DNA of 64,000 nucleotides, taken from the IMG/VR virus record IMGVR_UViG_3300022752_000018, positions 119,193-183,192 of that record; one strand, given 5' to 3'. The first letter of the stretch is position 1. Each line of letters starts with the position of its first letter. Below, piece by piece: positions 11,541-22,200 of the stretch. This DNA comes from a virus. The translations under genes were made by a program, and so were the position numbers. A model generated the notes under the pieces. It searched no databases, was not told where the DNA came from, and saw only the letters and a list, made by a program, of their open reading frames with translations.

Positions 11541-12149
11541 ATGCAAACAAAAGATTTTGGCGGAATTCACATTGAAGGGCACATTAAAATTTGGGACCCT
11601 GAGCATGACGAAGTTTTCATAAACAAAAGAAATGCCATTCATTATGAAAATATGAGTGTGGCGTTGGCCAATGCTGTGGCCAACTCAGGAAGTGGAATAA
11701 TCAGTGAAATGGCCTTTGGAAACGGCGGAACTGCTGTTGATCCTACAGGAATTATAACATACCTTACGCCAAATACCACAGGTATAAATGCTAGTTTATA
11801 TAACGAAACATATATTAAGGTTATAGATGATACTAGCAGTGCTAATATTAATCCATTACGTAATTATATAGAAACAAGACATGTCACCGGTACTAATTAC
11901 ACTGATGTTTTCATAACTTGTCTTCTTGATTACGGTGAACCAACTGGTCAGGATGCTTTTGACAATACTAGCGATACTAAAAGTTTATATACTTTCGACG
12001 AGTTAGGTCTAGTTACTAGAAACGAGTCTAATCAAAAAAAACTTTTAACACATGTGATATTTCACCCGGTACAAAAAAGTTTAAACAGGCTTATACAAAT
12101 AGACTACACTGTTAGAATACAAAGTTTAACAGGGTTGATGGGGGCATAA
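11541..12149 (+). CDS. Conserved phage virion structural protein
   Basis: Beta-rich 202-aa ORF in the structural operon, with 'EMAFGNGGT' and 'FDELGL...LLTHVIFHPVQKSLNRLIQIDYTVRI' motifs; preceded by a late promoter. Confidence 0.6.
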   Translation: MQTKDFGGIHIEGHIKIWDPEHDEVFINKRNAIHYENMSVALANAVANSGSGIISEMAFGNGGTAVDPTGIITYLTPNTTGINASLYNETYIKVIDDTSSANINPLRNYIETRHVTGTNYTDVFITCLLDYGEPTGQDAFDNTSDTKSLYTFDELGLVTRNESNQKKLLTHVIFHPVQKSLNRLIQIDYTVRIQSLTGLMGA

Positions 12150-12152
12150 TAT

Positions 12153-14084
12153 ATGACAATAATATTAAACAAAACAGACCCATCAAATCAATCCATTACC
12201 CTATTGGATGGTCAAACTAATCAGACTACACCTTTAACTTTTTTAGGAAAAAATTACTCTCAAGGATATAGTAAGATTATAGGAGAAAATTTTTTACATT
12301 TATTAGAAAATTTTTCTTTTAATAATCCACCTGAAAATCCTGTACAAGGTCAATTATGGTTTAATAATAATGTGGATGTCGAAATAGATTCATTGGCCAA
12401 TACATCTAGAGATAGCTATGGTATTAAAGTATTTGACGGGCAGAATTGGTTACCAATAGGTATTGTAAAAAAGTTTGCTCAACCACCCACTATAGGTGGT
12501 AGTACAAATTTAAATACTGGTGACTTATTTGTTGATACAGAAAGACAACAATTGTATATTAGTAATGGTAGCGATGGTTGGACTCTAGTTGGACCTTCTT
12601 TTAATGCTGCTGAAAAAACAGGCATGGAAATAGAATATATTGTAGATTCTGATTCATCTATAGATAGGCCTATTTTGTCCATATTTGTAAAAACTAAAAG
12701 AATAGTGGTAATTAGTGATTATGAATTTGTACCTAAATCTTTATTAACTGGTTTTAGGATAATAAAACAAGGAATTAACTTATCAACTGAAATTTTACAT
12801 CCTATTAATCAAACAAAATTTTGGGGAGTTGCTGAAAAAGCAGAATCCTTAATTAGCGGAGATGAAATTGTTCTAGCTAGAAATTTCCTAAGAAGTGATC
12901 AAAGTAGCACTACTAATTTTAGTTTTCAGGTTAGAAATAATAATGGAATAAGCATAGGTAATGATCTCAGTTTGATATTAGGAGCAGATACGTCCGGGTC
13001 ATTCATTTATAATAAATTGGATGGAGCCAGTATTGATCTTAGACTTAGAAAAGATAATCAAATTAAAAATATTCTAAGATGTACAATTACCCCAAATAAT
13101 ATTTCCGCAGTAGGTATTAACAATCTAGTCCCAGAAGAAACTTTAGATGTTATAGGAAATATAAAGACTAATCAGAGATTTATAACCAGCAGCACACAAG
13201 CTAATAGTATTAGTACACAAGGTGGAATTAGTGTTTTAGGCAATGCAACAATTGGTCAAAATTTAACAGTAACTGGGACTACAATTTTATCCAATATTGA
13301 ACCCAATGCAGATGATACAAAAAATTTAGGTTCTGAAAATAAAAGATGGAATACAATTTATGCTGGTAAGATTGGAACCAACACTAGAAGAGTTGTAGTT
13401 AATGGAACACTTAATGGCGATGTAAATGGTAATATATCAGGTTATTCAACAGGATTTAGCGCACCCATTACAATTACTCTTACAGGTGATGTAACTGGTA
13501 CAGTGTCTATACAAAAGGATAACGAATCCAAAAATTTAGTTACTACCTTAAAGTCAGATTTCATTAGTCAGAAACCAGAAACATCAGTTTTTCAACCTAA
13601 TGACCTGTTACTAATTGAACGTAATCAAGGTCTATTAAAGATAAAAAGATCAAGTCTTGTTAATCAATTACCTTTAGTACCAGTGGGTACAATTATTTTA
13701 TGGGCAGGTGATGCAAATAGAATACCAAAAGGATATTTAATTTGTGATGGCGCAGAAGTAGAACAATATAAGTACCAAACTTTATATTCAGTTATTGGCT
13801 ATACATATAAAAATCAAGTAAATTTAACTGGCACGGGATCAGGTTTCTTGACTTTTGCTTTACCTGATTTAAGACCAAGCTTACCAAGTTATAAGCCTAA
13901 TCAAGTGACATTAAACTTAAATTATACCATAATAGAATTAGGCAATACTGATTGGATATCTATGGGATTGAGTTTTAGTCCGGCAGTTAACACAACCTTT
14001 AATGTTCAATCTCTTGGAGAAGGCACAGGCAAATTGATCTTGACAAACGGTCCAAAATATTTAATTTATACTGGAAATGTCTAA
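12153..14084 (+). CDS. Tail fibre/baseplate protein with a C-terminal phage tail-collar domain
   Basis: Tail-collar motif 'VPVGTIILWAGDANRIPKGYLICDGAEV...YQTLYSVIGYTY...FALPDLR'; N-terminal domain shared with the next two ORFs. Confidence 0.8.
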   Translation: MTIILNKTDPSNQSITLLDGQTNQTTPLTFLGKNYSQGYSKIIGENFLHLLENFSFNNPPENPVQGQLWFNNNVDVEIDSLANTSRDSYGIKVFDGQNWLPIGIVKKFAQPPTIGGSTNLNTGDLFVDTERQQLYISNGSDGWTLVGPSFNAAEKTGMEIEYIVDSDSSIDRPILSIFVKTKRIVVISDYEFVPKSLLTGFRIIKQGINLSTEILHPINQTKFWGVAEKAESLISGDEIVLARNFLRSDQSSTTNFSFQVRNNNGISIGNDLSLILGADTSGSFIYNKLDGASIDLRLRKDNQIKNILRCTITPNNISAVGINNLVPEETLDVIGNIKTNQRFITSSTQANSISTQGGISVLGNATIGQNLTVTGTTILSNIEPNADDTKNLGSENKRWNTIYAGKIGTNTRRVVVNGTLNGDVNGNISGYSTGFSAPITITLTGDVTGTVSIQKDNESKNLVTTLKSDFISQKPETSVFQPNDLLLIERNQGLLKIKRSSLVNQLPLVPVGTIILWAGDANRIPKGYLICDGAEVEQYKYQTLYSVIGYTYKNQVNLTGTGSGFLTFALPDLRPSLPSYKPNQVTLNLNYTIIELGNTDWISMGLSFSPAVNTTFNVQSLGEGTGKLILTNGPKYLIYTGNV

Positions 14085-17000
14085 TGGCCTATACTGTAAT
14101 TAAAACTGATGGAACTGTATTAACTGATGTACTAGATAACAGTATAGATAGGATTACTACTGATCTAACCCTAGTAGGTAAAAATACACCTAATTATGGT
14201 GAATTTATAAATGAAAATTTTATTAAATTACTAGAAAACTTTAGCAGTGCTCAACCACCTAGGGCTCCTTTAAGAGGTCAAATTTGGTATGATACTAGTG
14301 AAAATAAACTAAAATTATTTGATGGTATCAAATTTATAGAATTTTGGCGACCTATAGTTAGTGCTACTTTACCCAATCTAAATGTTGGTGATATTTGGAT
14401 TGATAATAATAAACGACAATTATATTTTAACGATGGACAAGGCAATGTACTTGCTGGGCCATTATACACAGCTCAACAAGGGAATACTGGGCATCAGGTC
14501 AGCACTTTAGAAGATATTAATGGTGTAACACACGTTATTATCAAATTTAAAATTGGAAATACTCTAATGGGAGTATTTTCTAAAACTGCCTTCACTCCAA
14601 ATTATACGTTAGGTGAAGGCAGGCTATTAGAATCTGAAGGCTATTCAGGACCAGTAATTATAGGGTTTAATCCTCTATCAACTAATTTTAAATTCAATGT
14701 AACTGTAAAGAATGCTGAAAATCTTGTAACACAATTTGGTACACCTATTAACGTAGATCAGTTTGTTAAAACCACAGGTAATAATAATATAAACGGAAGG
14801 TTGGATATCACAGGTAATAGTGATATTGACACTGAATTTTCTCGTCCATTAATATTAGGTAGTTCAGGCAATCTAACAATAGAAATTAAAAATGTATTAC
14901 AAAGCTCAACAGAAATTCCACCGGTAAAAATTAAGAATCAAGTTACAAATCAAGATCTTGCCTTGATAGTAAAAAATTCTGATGATTTTCAAAATGCAAT
15001 TTACATTAATGCTACAGATTCAAGAGTAGGCATTTACAATGATGATCCCCTAACTACCTTAGATATTGAAGGTGATGTTAATTTTAGAAATAATCTTGTA
15101 ACGAATAAAGAAAGTATAGATATTTTTAACACCACTGCTAAAACAATTAATTTAGCTAGACAAGCCAATAATATTAGCATAGCCAGTACCTCGGGCGAAA
15201 CTGTAATAAACAATAAAATTGTAGCTAAAAAGGGTATTTTAATTGAAACTGGTAACCTAGATACTAGTTTAACTACCTTTAATTTAGTTAATACCGCAGT
15301 TCAAACTTTAAATTTGGCTAGAGCTGCTAGGACAATCAATATCGGAGCAGGCCCAGATGGTTCAGGAGTTGTAAATTTTAGTAATAATGTCAACATACCA
15401 GGAATTTTAAGTATCACTGGTGAATTAACAGTTGATCAATTAAATTTTAGGAATAATCAAATCAGAGCAGTTAATAATGATTTAGAATTATTTGCCGGTA
15501 GTGATAATGATATCACTCTACAAAATAAAACTATTGGATATGAAGATTTATTATTATCCAAAAGATTAATGTTTGATGGGTTAGGAATAATAGGAGTACC
15601 ATCTGGATTTACTAGAGAATTTCAGTTATTAAACAATATTGTAAGTGATATAGCATTTGGTGGTGATGCTACCACAATTTCTATAGGTTCAACTATTGGT
15701 ACTACTAATGTAAAACATAACCTACAGGTTTTTGGTGACATTAGTATAGGTGGAGCAGATAGTTCACCTGCTATTATTGAAAGTAATGGGCCATTAGCAC
15801 ATCTTTATAATGTAGTAGCAAAAGAAATTTTTATTGGTGGTCAAGCTAAAGAAATTAATTTATTTTATGAACCACAGTTACTAGGAAATCCTAGTCCTTC
15901 ATTAGGAAAATCTCTAAACATATATGCCGCTGATACTTATCTAGAAGGCGATTTGACCTTATTAGGTGGCGATATAAAAGTCCCTCCAGGGGTAACTATA
16001 ACCAGTTTATTCAACAATTATGCTTCAAGAGTAACTATAGGTGGTGATGCAAATCTAATAGAATTGGGTGGATCTGGTACAACGGTCCGTGTAGGTAATA
16101 ATTTAAAAGTAGGTAGTGTAGCTGGTGAAATTGAATTCACCAGTATAGTGTCTAGTGGAAATATTACTAGAGGACAGATAAATGTAGGTGCTACTACAGC
16201 ATTTTTTGACTTCTTGCCTCAAAACATTTTAAATTTAGAAATAGCAGCCAGTGCCGATAAAATTTACATTGGGCGAGGAACTGTAGCCGAAAATGAAGTT
16301 GGCCAATGGCAACCAAGTGTAAACACCGGATCACTAAAAACAAACCCTCCTTATATAGGATCAAGTCAATTACCTATTGTAATAATGAAAGAAAATCTAT
16401 TAGTAAGAAATAGATTATTAATACCAGAAGTTGATAAAAGTGGTGTTGGCGGTGCTGGTGTACTGTACAAGAACACTTATCAAGAATTAGAGGCTAGTCA
16501 AAGTATAAGGATAACGGGTAATGCTTTATCTGTAGCAGGTGATATATTTGTAGGTAATATTATTATAGGAACGGATTTAAATGGAACTGTAAGAATTCCT
16601 AGATTACAGACTAATGTATTTGTATTAACTGATGAAATCATTAGCACAGAATCAAGTATTGACATACTGAAAACTACAGTAGATCAAATTACTATAGGTG
16701 GTAAGGCCAACGGCAAAATAATATTAGGTGGATCAACTACCAGTGTAGAAATACCAGGATTTGTAAAAAGAACTTGGAAAACTGTTACTACCACTAGGAC
16801 TGCTATTGCAGGGGATTTTCTATTAATAGATACTAGTTCATTCAATGTAACAGTAACTTTACCCGCAGTTGCTGAGTTGGGCGATACTATTCATTTCGCA
16901 GATAAAAATGGTATTAGTAGTAGTAGAAAACTTGTAATTGATAGAAATGATCATAAAATTAATGGATTAGAATCTAATTTAGAAATAACTACTGCTAATA

Positions 17001-17353
17001 AAATATTTTCTTTAGTTTATACTGGGGTAGATAGAGGATGGTGTTGGGACGAAGATAATTGGAAAGTGATTAATAGTACTTATACTGCTACTAATAAAGA
17101 CAAGCTTTTAATTAATAATTCATCCGCTTTAGTATCCAATGTTACAGTAAATTTACCAACTAATCCACAAATTGGTCATACTATTAGATTTATGGATCAA
17201 AATGGGTTAACAGTAGCTAAACCGTTAATTATTCAAAGAAACGGGGCTTTAATCAATGGTTCTAATACAGATCTTACTATAAACACTGCTGGGCGAGCAT
17301 TTGCTCTAGTATATACAGGTGCTACTAGGGGGTGGTGCTATGAAAACAATTAA
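14084..17353 (+). CDS. Tail fibre/baseplate protein, paralog of 12153
   Basis: Shared N-terminus 'LVGKNTPNYGEFINENFIKLLENFS...PLRGQIWYDT'; two tandem C-terminal '...IDTSSFNVTVTLP...GDTIHFAD...LVIDRN..KING...SLVYTG..RGWC' modules. Confidence 0.75.
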   Translation: MAYTVIKTDGTVLTDVLDNSIDRITTDLTLVGKNTPNYGEFINENFIKLLENFSSAQPPRAPLRGQIWYDTSENKLKLFDGIKFIEFWRPIVSATLPNLNVGDIWIDNNKRQLYFNDGQGNVLAGPLYTAQQGNTGHQVSTLEDINGVTHVIIKFKIGNTLMGVFSKTAFTPNYTLGEGRLLESEGYSGPVIIGFNPLSTNFKFNVTVKNAENLVTQFGTPINVDQFVKTTGNNNINGRLDITGNSDIDTEFSRPLILGSSGNLTIEIKNVLQSSTEIPPVKIKNQVTNQDLALIVKNSDDFQNAIYINATDSRVGIYNDDPLTTLDIEGDVNFRNNLVTNKESIDIFNTTAKTINLARQANNISIASTSGETVINNKIVAKKGILIETGNLDTSLTTFNLVNTAVQTLNLARAARTINIGAGPDGSGVVNFSNNVNIPGILSITGELTVDQLNFRNNQIRAVNNDLELFAGSDNDITLQNKTIGYEDLLLSKRLMFDGLGIIGVPSGFTREFQLLNNIVSDIAFGGDATTISIGSTIGTTNVKHNLQVFGDISIGGADSSPAIIESNGPLAHLYNVVAKEIFIGGQAKEINLFYEPQLLGNPSPSLGKSLNIYAADTYLEGDLTLLGGDIKVPPGVTITSLFNNYASRVTIGGDANLIELGGSGTTVRVGNNLKVGSVAGEIEFTSIVSSGNITRGQINVGATTAFFDFLPQNILNLEIAASADKIYIGRGTVAENEVGQWQPSVNTGSLKTNPPYIGSSQLPIVIMKENLLVRNRLLIPEVDKSGVGGAGVLYKNTYQELEASQSIRITGNALSVAGDIFVGNIIIGTDLNGTVRIPRLQTNVFVLTDEIISTESSIDILKTTVDQITIGGKANGKIILGGSTTSVEIPGFVKRTWKTVTTTRTAIAGDFLLIDTSSFNVTVTLPAVAELGDTIHFADKNGISSSRKLVIDRNDHKINGLESNLEITTANKIFSLVYTGVDRGWCWDEDNWKVINSTYTATNKDKLLINNSSALVSNVTVNLPTNPQIGHTIRFMDQNGLTVAKPLIIQRNGALINGSNTDLTINTAGRAFALVYTGATRGWCYENN

Positions 17354-17357
17354 TCGA

Positions 17358-17363
17358 TAAATA
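17358..17363 (+). promoter_or_regulatory. Late promoter core (gaTAAATA)
   Basis: In the 28-bp gap before the ORF at 17382, followed by the RBS-like GAAGGGG. Confidence 0.55.
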
Positions 17364-17381
17364 TAACGAAGGGGATCAAAT

Positions 17382-19253
17382 ATGCCATACAATATTAATA
17401 GATATAACGGGACACTAGCGACAGTGGTTGAGGATGGTACTGTCGATAATACCTTAGATATCAAACTTATTGGCAGAAATTATGCTGGTTACGGCGAAGT
17501 ACAAAATGAAAACATGGTTCATATGTTGGAAAATTTTGCCAGTCCTAGTGAACCCCCTAGAAGAATAACAGGCCAAGTATGGTATGATAGTGGAAATAAG
17601 AAATTAAAATTTTTTGACGGTACTAAATTTAAAACCAATAGTACTGCTGAAATCAGCATAACACAACCTAGTGGATTATCACAGGGAGACTTTTGGTTTA
17701 ATTCAGAGACTAATCAATTATATGTTTGGACAGGCAGTTCATTTATTTTAGTAGGTCCTCAGGCTGTTGAGAACGCAGGCACAACAGAATTAAAAAGTGT
17801 AAGTGTAGAGGATATTACAGGAACAACATACGCTATAGTTAGAGCCATTGTCAACAGTAAAACAATCTATATTATTAGCGCAAATGAATTTATCTTACCA
17901 GATAATACTATTTTAGGATTTAAGCTGATTAAACAGGGAATAACCTTAATTGATACTATGGCTGTATCCAGTTCTGATCCGTTATACGGTATAACAACTA
18001 CTCAACATAGATTTTGGGGAACTTCAAGTAGTAGTTTAGGATTGGTCACAGACAGTGGTAAAGTAGTGACTGCTGATCAATTAGTTAGCAGTGAAGATCC
18101 ACAATTTTCTGGATTAGTGGGCTATAGTGATCAAGGTTTTACATTAGGTAATCAAGACTCATTACAAGTCTATATTGATACTGAAGGTAATGCCTGTATC
18201 AGATCAATAAAATTAAACGGATTAATAAATTTTTATACACGGATAGCAACTAATGATGATAATAACGACAGGGCTCCAATGAAATTACAGGGTAATAATA
18301 TTTTACCTGGAGTTCCTCAAATTAGTAACTTAGGAGTATCAGATCAAAAATTTGCCAACGTGTATGCTGTCAATGTTTATGCAGCTCTTAAAGGGACAGC
18401 TGATAAAGCAGACGCTTTAAATGTAGGTGGCACATATGTAACTGCCGCACTAGGAGCCGCCGCAAATACTATAGTAGCCAGAGACAATCAGGCATCAATT
18501 ACGGCTCAAAAATTTAAGGGAACGGCTACCCTAGCTGAAGCTGTATACGGTGGAGTAGCAGGAGATATTGTTTATCAAACTGGACCAAATACAACAGGAT
18601 TTTTAAATCAAGGACAAGAAAATACAGTTTTATCTATTAATAATGATGGTAATTATAATTGGCTACCAATAGCTGACATTGCCAGTTCTGGACAAGCTGA
18701 TACAGTTTATATTACTAACGAAATATTAGAAGCTGATGAGCCCATTAAATATCCTACATTTGTGGAATCAAGTGGAGGGTATCATTCAATCAAAATTGAT
18801 ACTACAGGCCTAACATATAATGTAGAAACTAAAACATTAACAACAACGTTTTTTGATGGTGAAGCGACCAGTGCCTCTTATGCTGACTTGGCTGAAAAAT
18901 ATTTGGCTGATGCTGTATATGATATTGGAACGGTTATGGTAGTAGGTGGTACTAAAGAAGTTACACAGAGTAAATATGGAGATAGAGCTATTGGAGTAGT
19001 AAGTGGTAGCCCAGCATATCTAATGAATAAGGATTTGGCCAACGGCACTGTAATAGCATTGAAAGGAAGAGTTCCTGTTAAAATAGTAGGTAAGGTACAA
19101 AAAGGAGACAAAATTATTGCAACTAATAATGGTTGTGCTATGGCTGGTAAGTCAATGACAAAAATTTATTTAGACAGTGTTAACTTTTTTGCAATAGCTT
19201 TGGAATCCAGTGATGATCCTGAAATTAAATTAATAGAATGTGTTATTCTATAA
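17382..19253 (+). CDS. Tail fibre protein with a C-terminal chaperone/autocleavage-like (peptidase G2-type) domain
   Basis: Shared N-terminal domain; C-terminal 'ATSASYADLAEKY...GTVMVVGG...AIGVVS...IALKGRVPVKIVGKVQKGD'. Confidence 0.7.
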   Translation: MPYNINRYNGTLATVVEDGTVDNTLDIKLIGRNYAGYGEVQNENMVHMLENFASPSEPPRRITGQVWYDSGNKKLKFFDGTKFKTNSTAEISITQPSGLSQGDFWFNSETNQLYVWTGSSFILVGPQAVENAGTTELKSVSVEDITGTTYAIVRAIVNSKTIYIISANEFILPDNTILGFKLIKQGITLIDTMAVSSSDPLYGITTTQHRFWGTSSSSLGLVTDSGKVVTADQLVSSEDPQFSGLVGYSDQGFTLGNQDSLQVYIDTEGNACIRSIKLNGLINFYTRIATNDDNNDRAPMKLQGNNILPGVPQISNLGVSDQKFANVYAVNVYAALKGTADKADALNVGGTYVTAALGAAANTIVARDNQASITAQKFKGTATLAEAVYGGVAGDIVYQTGPNTTGFLNQGQENTVLSINNDGNYNWLPIADIASSGQADTVYITNEILEADEPIKYPTFVESSGGYHSIKIDTTGLTYNVETKTLTTTFFDGEATSASYADLAEKYLADAVYDIGTVMVVGGTKEVTQSKYGDRAIGVVSGSPAYLMNKDLANGTVIALKGRVPVKIVGKVQKGDKIIATNNGCAMAGKSMTKIYLDSVNFFAIALESSDDPEIKLIECVIL

Positions 19254-19265
19254 GGTAATATTTTT

Positions 19266-22200
19266 ATGTCAACTTCAACATCAATTCAAGCAAGTCAATT
19301 TAATGCTATACAAACTAGAGTAGCTAAGCTATTAGGTACTGGGACCGGAGATTTTGGCTATGGACAAACATTAATAAGCAGTCAAATATTACCAGGTCAG
19401 AAAATTACTGCTCAACCGTTGGTTAATATAAAAATTGACTTAGATAAAATTGCATTCCATCAGACTAATTTAGCAAGTGCTGCTCCTTCTGTACAGTTAG
19501 GACAATCAATTGCTGCCACAGACTGGACTAAGTATACCAATGAATTAGATTTATTAGAAGCAAATAGATTACAAATCAGTGAAACATCTGCTCAATCAAC
19601 TTGGACTGCTGACTATTCCACATTAGGGTTTTCTAATTGGAATAGTGTTAGAGCACACACTGTAACATTTGACTTTGGTAGTATTAATAATGCCAGATAT
19701 TTTTTTAATACTGGCGGAGAAATAAGGATAGTTCCCAGACATACAGGATTCACTAATGCTAGCTCAAAAGGAGGAGCATGGGCAGCTTTATTCAATAGAT
19801 TGGGCACAAAAGGGGTAAGATTACGTGCTAATGTTACTACCTGTCAAGATGGAACAGCGGAATCTAAAGGATACTATCAGCTTACTACTACGCCACTACA
19901 AATTTTTTCAATTGTAGATACTGGTCCATATGCTGGAAATGATTTTGTTGTTCTAGCCAGCGTGTCAAATCCTCTAAGAAGTCTTATTATAACATGTAGA
20001 TTTACAGACGACACTTTAGTCCCAGCTACAGATGAAGCTGTTGATGGTACTACAACAAGCAGTCTTGGTATACTAAGAGCAACTGGTAGCAGTGTCGGAA
20101 TTCTTACTAATCCTGTTGCTCAAACAAATTTAAATGTCCCTGGAAGTCCGCTCAGTGTAACAGCAACAATTACAGGTGGAACAACGGCTACAATTAACTA
20201 TCTACCGCCATCTAGTGATGGAGGTATTTCAATTTCCAGTTACACTGCTGTGAGTACACCCGATAATGTAACAGCAACCGTTAATAGGGAAGGTGGAGGT
20301 CAAATTTTTGTAACAGGGTTACGACCAGTAACAACCTATACTTTTGTTGTATTTGCTACAAATACTGTAGGTTCTGGACCAAATAGCTCACCTACGGCAT
20401 CAGTAACTACAACTACAGATGTACCTAGTAAACCATTATCTGTAACAGCGGTAAGCACCAGCTCAACTACGGCTACAATAACATATAGTGAGCCCAGCAG
20501 TAATGGTGGAACAACTATTATAAGTTATACAGCAATTAGCTCACCAGGTAATATTCAAGCAACAGTTACTAGATCTGGCGGGGGCACAATTAACGTAACA
20601 GGTTTATCCGTAGCAACAGCATACACTTTTAGAGTATATGCTACTAACTCAAGAGGTAATAGCGCACTTAGTGATCCTTCAGAACTGATAACTACATCTA
20701 GTGCTGAACCTATTATAGGATCTCCTTACGGTGGTGGGTATTTTGCGGGAGCAGTTAGTACTCCTGGAAACGATTTAGCAGACTATTTCCTCATTGTTTC
20801 ACCTGCATCTTTAGGTCAATCTTCTACTGGTTTACAATGGTCTAACACATCAACAGTTACATCATCTACAAGTGTAATTGATGGGCGTGCTAATTCTAAT
20901 TCTTTACCTTCAACACCACAAGCACCAGGTATTGGGCTACCTGCTGTAGTTTCTGGATCTTTAGGTACACAAATTGATATATCCTATACTGCACCTATAA
21001 ATAATGGTGGTAGCGCAATAACTAGTTACACTGCTATAAGCACACCTGATAATATTACCTCTACAGTAGGTCGTGCAGGAAGCGGCAATATTAGGGTCTC
21101 AAATTTAAGTCCTAATAAAACATACTCTTTTAAAGTTTATGCTACTAATGCTGTGGGTAATAGTCCATTAAGTATATCTACAGTAGAACTTCAAACACCA
21201 ATATTACCAAATAATACCTCTATACCATCAATAACAGGCACTGTTCTTTTAGGAAGTACATTAACTGTGGATATAGGAACTTGGACTGGAACACCTACAA
21301 TTACTTACTCATATCAATGGCAAAGAGGCACAGTTTCAATTACTGGGTCTACAAGTCAAACCTATACCATTGTTATAGCAGATGTAGGTAGCATATTAAG
21401 ATGTGTAATAACAGCATCTAATGCTGCGGGAACTAAGAGTGTAAACAGCGCATATACTATAGCAGTACCAGCTATAGCTCCTACAAACTCCAGCCTTCCA
21501 ACTATCAGTGGTACTGTTCAGGTTGGTCAAACTCTTACAGTATCTAATGGAGTTTGGTCTGGATCTACACCAATTACTTATGAATATCAATGGCAACGTG
21601 GAACTACAAATATTACTGGATCTACAAGCACTTCCTATACTATTGTTCTAACAGACGTAGGAAATAGGTTTAGGGTGAGAGTTCTTGCTCGAAATAGTGC
21701 AGGAGAAAATTTCGTGTTCACAGCTAGTACTGCCTTAGTCCCATCAGTAGCCCCAACTAATACTAGCTTACCAGTAATTACTGGAGATATTGCTGTAGGA
21801 TTAAGAATCAATGCCACAACTGGTGTTTGGACAGGGTCACCTACAATACAATACACTTATCAATGGCTGCGTAATTCTACTCCTATATCAGGATCAACCA
21901 CTAATGGTTATACAATTTTAGCGTCTGATGTAGGAAGTGTATTATCTGTAGAAGTTAAAGCAAGTAATAATGCAGGATTCGATATAGCAAGATCATTACC
22001 CACGGCAACTATACAATCTGCTAGTGCTCCAACAATAAGTGTATTACCTGCTATTACCGGTAATGCTGCTGTAGATCAAATTCTAAATGTTAGCAATGGT
22101 ACTTGGAGTGGAACACAACCCATCAATTATGCTTATCAGTGGTTGAGAGGCACTATATCAATAGTAGGTGCCACTTCAAATAATTATACAGTGACCATAG

